Positions 60,401-64,000 of a stretch of 64,000 nt of DNA are shown here, in pieces. Source of the DNA: an uncultured archaeon (GTDB lineage: Archaea; Thermoplasmatota; Penumbrarchaeia; JASLWR01). The position numbers and the translations under genes are program-made. Each line of letters starts with the position of its first letter. The stretch's first letter is position 1. The notes below the pieces were generated by a model, which did no database searches, was not told the DNA's origin, and saw only the letters and a program-made list of their open reading frames with translations. The stretch lies in the NCBI GenBank assembly GCA_964430885.1, contig CAYSHM010000008.1, positions 9,154 to 73,153 of the forward strand, read 5' to 3'.

Positions 60401-63400
60401 CGAATCCTCTAATTACCTGTTCTACAACAGCCAGCTGGAGAGATTCTACTACAGCCATGAAATGGAAACTGCGCAGGAGTTCCATGTTCTTTTCAGGAAT
60501 GCAGAGGATAATCTTAGCGGGATGTACGGGCTCAACCATTCCACATTTCAGGAGACCATGGAAATGTTCACAGGAATGGTATACAACCTATCCTTCATGA
60601 TAGAGCCTGATGAGGACATGACAGGTCCGTTTACCTTTGTACTTCATGACCGGGTCAACAATACTGCCGAATGGTCATTCGATCTTATACTGGATACCGA
60701 GATACCTATGGGTGGGTATGATATTGAAGAGATAAGTCATTTTCTCCACTTTGACGGGGAATCCATTCTCTTCTACGGTGATGATATGGCAAGCCTTGAG
60801 GAGTTCAAATTAATGGGGGTGAATCTGCAGGATAACCATAGCGGAATTGCTGGTATGATCTTCCCGGATGCTTTCGACATTCCCGCCCTTGAAGCAACAG
60901 ATCTACCATTGGAGAGAAATTATTCCGTGGGTATTTCTCATGATCTAACCGGTATAATAGAAATAATAATTTTCGATAATACATACAACATGAGACACCT
61001 TTATCTTACCATAGCAAAGGACACCTCGGAACCCCTGAGCATTATTGAAATGACCGATATGCCTTCATATATGCATTATGATCCATCTACAGAGACATTT
61101 TTCTACAGTGATGAGATGCCGGGATCAGTTTCCTTTACCATAAGACTTTCCAATGCCATTGACAATGAGAGCGGTATATTCGGGGCATCCTTCCCGGCGA
61201 TGTTCGGTAAGATATCAGTATTCGATCAGAGCCCTAACTACTCAACCCAGTACAGTATTAATGAGATAGAGACCTTCCAGGGTATGGTCAATATCACCGT
61301 TAGGGACAATGTGGGAAATGAACTCATACTGCCATTGGTGATAATCAGGGACGTGAATGGCCCGGTCATATCGCTGTTCAGCATTCTCGAGAACTCGAAC
61401 AGCATCTATTTCGACGGTAGCTCAGGTTTCTTCTACAACACCCAGAACATGCTTACCTACCAGGACTTCACCGTGATATTTGACAATGTGAGTGATGAAC
61501 TTAGCGGATTTTACCAGATATCATATCCGGCCCTGTTCTCGACACCTGACAACATCACTCAATCCCTGAACTACACTTACAGGATCAACATATCTGACAG
61601 CTCAAAAGGAAATTTCGTGTTCAAGGTCTATGACAATGTGGGCAATTCTCTGGATATAGTGCTTAAGGTAATATCCGATACGGATGCCCCTGTAGCTCCT
61701 GGAATCAATATTACTGAAAATGAAGACCATATATATTTCGACCTGACCAATAAGGACCTATGGTACAGTAATAAGATGGGATCCGCGGAGAATTTTACCC
61801 TGAACATCTATGATCTTCTTGATATGGGACAGGGAAGCGGGATCTACGGTATCATGATACCAGGTATGTTCGACAGAACCGAAGAATTGATACCCTATAC
61901 TGGAGAAAATATTTCAGTAAGCTATATGGTCAGGTCCACTTCATCATTCAACGGTACAGTTCCCATCAATGTATACGATAATGTCAATAACGTCGTTCCA
62001 GTACTACTGAAGATCAAACTGGACAATGAGATCGAGTTCGATAAGAGCGGGGTTACAGTTCATTCAGAGGACTCTGATAGAATATACTTCGATCATGAGA
62101 AAAGGATACTCTATTATGGTGATTTCAATACCCCCGAGGAATTCAGGATCGAATTCGAGCTAAACTCCATTACCGAGATAGGAGCGGGATTCCTCGATGT
62201 TCAGAATTCCGATATCTTCAGTCTCAGCCAATACCAGGACCTAATCTTCACCTTCACGGTAGATTCCCAGTATGCCGAAGAAGGAGATTTCACGTTCCGG
62301 GTAATGGACCGGGTCCACAACTATGTACCCTATACGATTAACATTGTCAGAGATACCGTTAAACCAGCAGGTACATTTTTACTTAACGGAAAGGAAATGA
62401 CATCGTTCAGTTCTCTTGAGAAGAAAAAATTTAACATTGAATATGATCTGAGCGATGATATCAGCGGGGTTGAGGAACTCTTGATCAGCAATGATGGATC
62501 CCAATGGAAGAAGATTACCTTATCCCTTCTTGATGGAGAAACAAAGTGGGACATCACCGATGAACAGGCAGGGGGCAACACAACCGAGGGAGAACGGACA
62601 TTGTACATTAAGGTGGTAGATCATGTGGGGAATGAGAACGTCTATACTGTTGAATACAAATACACTGCCCCTGTAAAGGTAAGCCTCTTTGAAAGACTGC
62701 CTTTCCTGTTCGGAGTCTTTGGATTCCTGGGACCCTGGGGGTTGCTCCTGGCCGGGTTAGCCATAGTTGGATTGGTTGGAATAGCTGCAAAAAGGCGAAA
62801 AAAGGACATGGATGATGATCTGGCTGAAGATGAAGGTGATATGGTACTAGAAGAAGGAATGGGACCTACGCCATACGAGATCCAGGACCCAAAAGCAAAA
62901 CCGGAAATAGTGTTTGATGATCCCTACATGGACGGTGCAAATACGGATGCTGTAGTGTCCCTAGAGGAATGGACCGATGCCCAAGAAGATGAGGAATGGA
63001 CACGGGATGCTGAGAAGGATACCTTTGTCTCCGGTGGAGTTTGGGATGAGGAGGACGGGGAGGATAGAGAGGAAGAAAATCCATGGGATGATGACGGTGG
63101 AAACCATGAAGTATGGGACAACGAAGAGGGTGAAGCTGATGAAGATATTCCCCTTGGAGAAGATATAGGTCATGAACTTGATATGGATACTGTTGGAGTG
63201 GGTAAAGATGTCTTAAAGCCGGATATGGAGGAAGAACCCCCGGAAGAAATTGTACAGGGCGAATTGATAGATGATTCCAACTTGGAAGGCGAGATAATTA
63301 TTGATGCAGAAGTTGTGGAGATAGAGGACGGAATTCAGGAAAGCCCAGAACCCGATACTGCTGTTCCATTGATACAGGATGATGACCATCCAGAGGAGGA

Positions 63401-63722
63401 AAAACCTTCCAAAATTGTTGAAGAACAAGTAGAAACCGAAGAACCGGAAGTTTTGGAAGAGGAAGAACTGCCGGAAAAACCTCCGAAACCCACAATCATT
63501 GGCGATCTTGATTCGAAAGCGGATGTTTCTGGAAAAACCGCTGTACCCAATCTTGAACTGCCGGGAAGCCCGTCCCTCTGCGTCAGCTGTAACGGTATTA
63601 TTAAAAAGGACGAACGTGCTTTGAGATGCCCCAACTGCTCCAAATACATTCACCCTAATTGCGGGGACGGGCTGGACAGCTGTCCTGAATGCGGTATCGG
63701 ATTAAACATGGATCTGAAATAG
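54453..63722 (+). CDS. Giant (3089 aa) repetitive Ig-like surface protein with TM anchor, acidic tail and C-terminal C4HC3 zinc finger
   Basis: Signal-like N-terminus; many ~110-aa repeats with E-x-S-x-Y-h-Y...LYYS and YDNVGN motifs; TM plus AKRRKK; acidic tail; CVSC...CPNC...H..C...CPEC. Confidence 0.85.
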   Translation: MIENETMDSARIFKNKYLRIPIVTTFLLGLGIFFIVLLFCRTAKGDLVATPADEAPSWIRENSSQVVMMNITAYNNSQGAGNAISSINVSVTNVQNFDPTDELAALANDATSGVSIYQESNGQSGFQTGDTRIGTQNGWYGMGPTWNVNFTFTPSISIPSASPGEANFYIIVRTSGNLDANDQFKVTVNQTSVVSTFGSAPGGNTDSSTTEGDTQAPTNPSNFQFTSDGDSGGDGIIPEVYFNDDWEIDLSWDGSSDPGTGSGISHYRIGVNWGTSSGEYAEDDNYMVGADGNYTLYICAVDGVGHNSSEVEMADWVICNTTLPNGTVSITEQSDVDYIYFDLATYTLYYTDHAASFNISAAFDAGESNEKEVKFGSAFDQGVEYTDDSSTYDSNTYAIVIADTDTLITVKFVDRAGNVGYNNITCEKDTWGPTIISPIASESSIYLYINGSQIWYGDDMAGAESFTLSGSGNDSQSGLWKMTFPNNALGNPGDDNTPATWQGIYNSVENGDSVTGALTITLYDLVNNQATFSYTLVRDTSNPTIDDGDWSEADMYLYVDTSTDNSDNTIYYSNLMGEVESGTLSLTFSDDQGLHNVTYSSGVGVDQAVDVISGISNSSTAVYGFDSSDVFSNTITVTVVDKCGNALVDSSTFTITRDTAGPSVDSQDADENSPYLHVSGTTIYYSDLMVGNQAFNVTGTSSDSGAGLFKATFSSNDLGSPGEDGAPGGWSGTYNGVGSADTWEGTITVTFYDMVNNTNTCTYTVTRDNDVPGMSVNFISESSDHIDFNNDVLYFSSDQAMSESFTIEILDTEGDSGRASAQGETEFGDSPNDNSYGAFGWELTYTIDQGETCGGNNIIITVYDNVGNSNSTILSVQIDNVAPICSLLGITESSSYIYISGNILYYSNDQAMDDVFNIRITDDESGSGREKADGETAFGETPSDNSYNGGFWQITYTISQGETCDGEITITVYDNCGNTGTYNLTVVLDNTAPTLTIDDVSITGDNIYYSGGTLYFSNDQGMADIFEIRINDTEYGAGASGRQNASGESAFGNTPTDNSYSSYWSLQYTINQDETCDGSLIINVSDNCGNWNTTILTVTIDNGEPALSDFAFNENIGFQAWGENWFDPAVLSTMEFTWTNSDGVSGLGKGNLDWDSSHNPDDNPALNSGTGGSYTVLNLADDSTGNITVTLYIYDNVNNVNTSVLTFNFDSDDPSNLDITGINEISNGANIYYDTGTDTLYYNSSIAIEFHIIVTFDEVGSGRNKTVGPNLFGDTPENSTYAAGHYLYYTIEISASDSGVQTVTVYDNIGRSDTITFTVVTDNTAPTVSSVTPVEVLHTGNLYFNNTSEVFYYNNGANEPQFAIRIVTSDAGSGREQCVGQALFGDNPTDAVYTTYYEITYSVELGASYNGTVNVTIYDRVNNHITVALNVKRDVYAPHTPQNIKADPDGLGTYLKYDDDTGIYLYWDFTTDDAGGSDIYYYFADVNDNTPQTAVTQGHDYHSASAPEGNNTFYVWVADNVGNYCPVGSDWIIVDTGAPTITGITVSSNKTWYYSAGLDPDTGGDVWFNSNMNQGQGQIITLTFTWNDGYRDYVNCSGVFGGDPDQDTNDQGGWTLDFQVPQGAGDRIAIIFWVVDMAKNNDTVQINFYVDNNAPTAPQAVRASPNNNFDASEYTNSSTVWVVWADSAGDAGVGLKEHRMGISANAMDNDIHNSGDSVPGQEGLETFYVYAIDLVGNNISRTDTITIDLTNPVITQLTVSSTSRYYYNQSLGTNGGTVWFNSMAGMGADQELTLYFSWTEANKANITGSSAFGDSPFTDSIPWTINYTVEAGSGDQIVNILLKDLSGRLLSIQITFLEDNEVPTAGDLVIGDDSSPYVYFDQNGNVLYYSREMNVEQLVSFQLTAADDQESGVANVTFPGVLEHNLFSDDTAPYARNYGFNRSDNYEGTVIITLYDNVGNHINITLDIERDLAAPVWEGVEVGESSNYLFYNSQLERFYYSHEMETAQEFHVLFRNAEDNLSGMYGLNHSTFQETMEMFTGMVYNLSFMIEPDEDMTGPFTFVLHDRVNNTAEWSFDLILDTEIPMGGYDIEEISHFLHFDGESILFYGDDMASLEEFKLMGVNLQDNHSGIAGMIFPDAFDIPALEATDLPLERNYSVGISHDLTGIIEIIIFDNTYNMRHLYLTIAKDTSEPLSIIEMTDMPSYMHYDPSTETFFYSDEMPGSVSFTIRLSNAIDNESGIFGASFPAMFGKISVFDQSPNYSTQYSINEIETFQGMVNITVRDNVGNELILPLVIIRDVNGPVISLFSILENSNSIYFDGSSGFFYNTQNMLTYQDFTVIFDNVSDELSGFYQISYPALFSTPDNITQSLNYTYRINISDSSKGNFVFKVYDNVGNSLDIVLKVISDTDAPVAPGINITENEDHIYFDLTNKDLWYSNKMGSAENFTLNIYDLLDMGQGSGIYGIMIPGMFDRTEELIPYTGENISVSYMVRSTSSFNGTVPINVYDNVNNVVPVLLKIKLDNEIEFDKSGVTVHSEDSDRIYFDHEKRILYYGDFNTPEEFRIEFELNSITEIGAGFLDVQNSDIFSLSQYQDLIFTFTVDSQYAEEGDFTFRVMDRVHNYVPYTINIVRDTVKPAGTFLLNGKEMTSFSSLEKKKFNIEYDLSDDISGVEELLISNDGSQWKKITLSLLDGETKWDITDEQAGGNTTEGERTLYIKVVDHVGNENVYTVEYKYTAPVKVSLFERLPFLFGVFGFLGPWGLLLAGLAIVGLVGIAAKRRKKDMDDDLAEDEGDMVLEEGMGPTPYEIQDPKAKPEIVFDDPYMDGANTDAVVSLEEWTDAQEDEEWTRDAEKDTFVSGGVWDEEDGEDREEENPWDDDGGNHEVWDNEEGEADEDIPLGEDIGHELDMDTVGVGKDVLKPDMEEEPPEEIVQGELIDDSNLEGEIIIDAEVVEIEDGIQESPEPDTAVPLIQDDDHPEEEKPSKIVEEQVETEEPEVLEEEELPEKPPKPTIIGDLDSKADVSGKTAVPNLELPGSPSLCVSCNGIIKKDERALRCPNCSKYIHPNCGDGLDSCPECGIGLNMDLK

Positions 63723-63931
63723 CTGGAATATAAGATATTACCCGAAAGCGGACATGGAAAGGGCGGGTGCAGATTCAATGAAAAGTAAAAATGATGATAA
63801 TTTATAATGGTGAAATATTTCTTTTTAATTGCAGCAACTTTACCATTGCTTTACGGGAAATAAAAAGGGGCGGAATAATCAAATAGGTCAAATTCCACCC
63901 TTGAATTATTGCATTAGGTACTGCTCTTGGC

Positions 63932-64000
63932 CTATGGCTTGAAATCAGCTGGCAGATACTTCTTGCAGGCATCGCAGTAGTATCTCTTGTACTGCTCGAT
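63932..64000 (-). CDS. 3' end of a gene with a C-terminal zinc-ribbon half-motif (truncated at window edge)
   Basis: Minus-strand translation IEQYKRYYCDACKKYLPADFKP-stop. This resembles the YIxQYxRWYCxxCxKY tail I recall from archaeal membrane proteins. Confidence 0.65.
   Translation of the reverse strand: MEQYKRYYCDACKKYLPADFKP

Noticed and set aside
63905-64000. Hydrophobic + strand frame IIALGTALGLWLEISW...
   Set aside because: No start codon and preceded by stops; the minus strand gives a more convincing zinc-ribbon C-terminus.
1-64000. Mobile elements, CRISPR-Cas, defence systems, rRNA/tRNA genes, stop-codon recoding
   Set aside because: None recognised by eye. Genes appear intact under the standard archaeal code; a tRNAscan/Infernal run would be needed to exclude small RNAs.

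Overview
Gene-dense archaeal chromosomal window, most consistent with a Thermoplasmatota-type genome. Supporting markers are aIF2-beta with a TRAM domain, RFC small subunit, proteasome alpha, Taw3, NreA, archaemetzincin and many single-pass surface proteins with zinc-ribbon tails. I can support about 50 CDS, and found no rRNA, tRNA, CRISPR array or transposase. Three CDS are missing from the ORF track: a ThiF/MoeB E1-like gene truncated at the left edge, a 52-aa small ORF at 34979-35137, and a zinc-ribbon C-terminus at the right edge. The most notable observations are: (1) bacterial-type queuosine genes (a clear queA plus a divergent queF) in an archaeon; (2) a 3089-aa repetitive surface protein with a cytoplasmic acidic-Trp tail and a C4HC3 RING/PHD-like finger, preceded by a KaiC/RAD55-like ATPase, with an internal low-GC block suggesting repeat-module exchange; (3) an archaeosortase-like gene abutting a clostripain-PKD surface protease and an E1-like gene; (4) a ribbon-helix-helix gene flanked upstream by an AT-rich region with seven TATTAC motifs and downstream by three tandem hairpins suggestive of a structured RNA. 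All family calls come from motif recognition by eye, not database searches.
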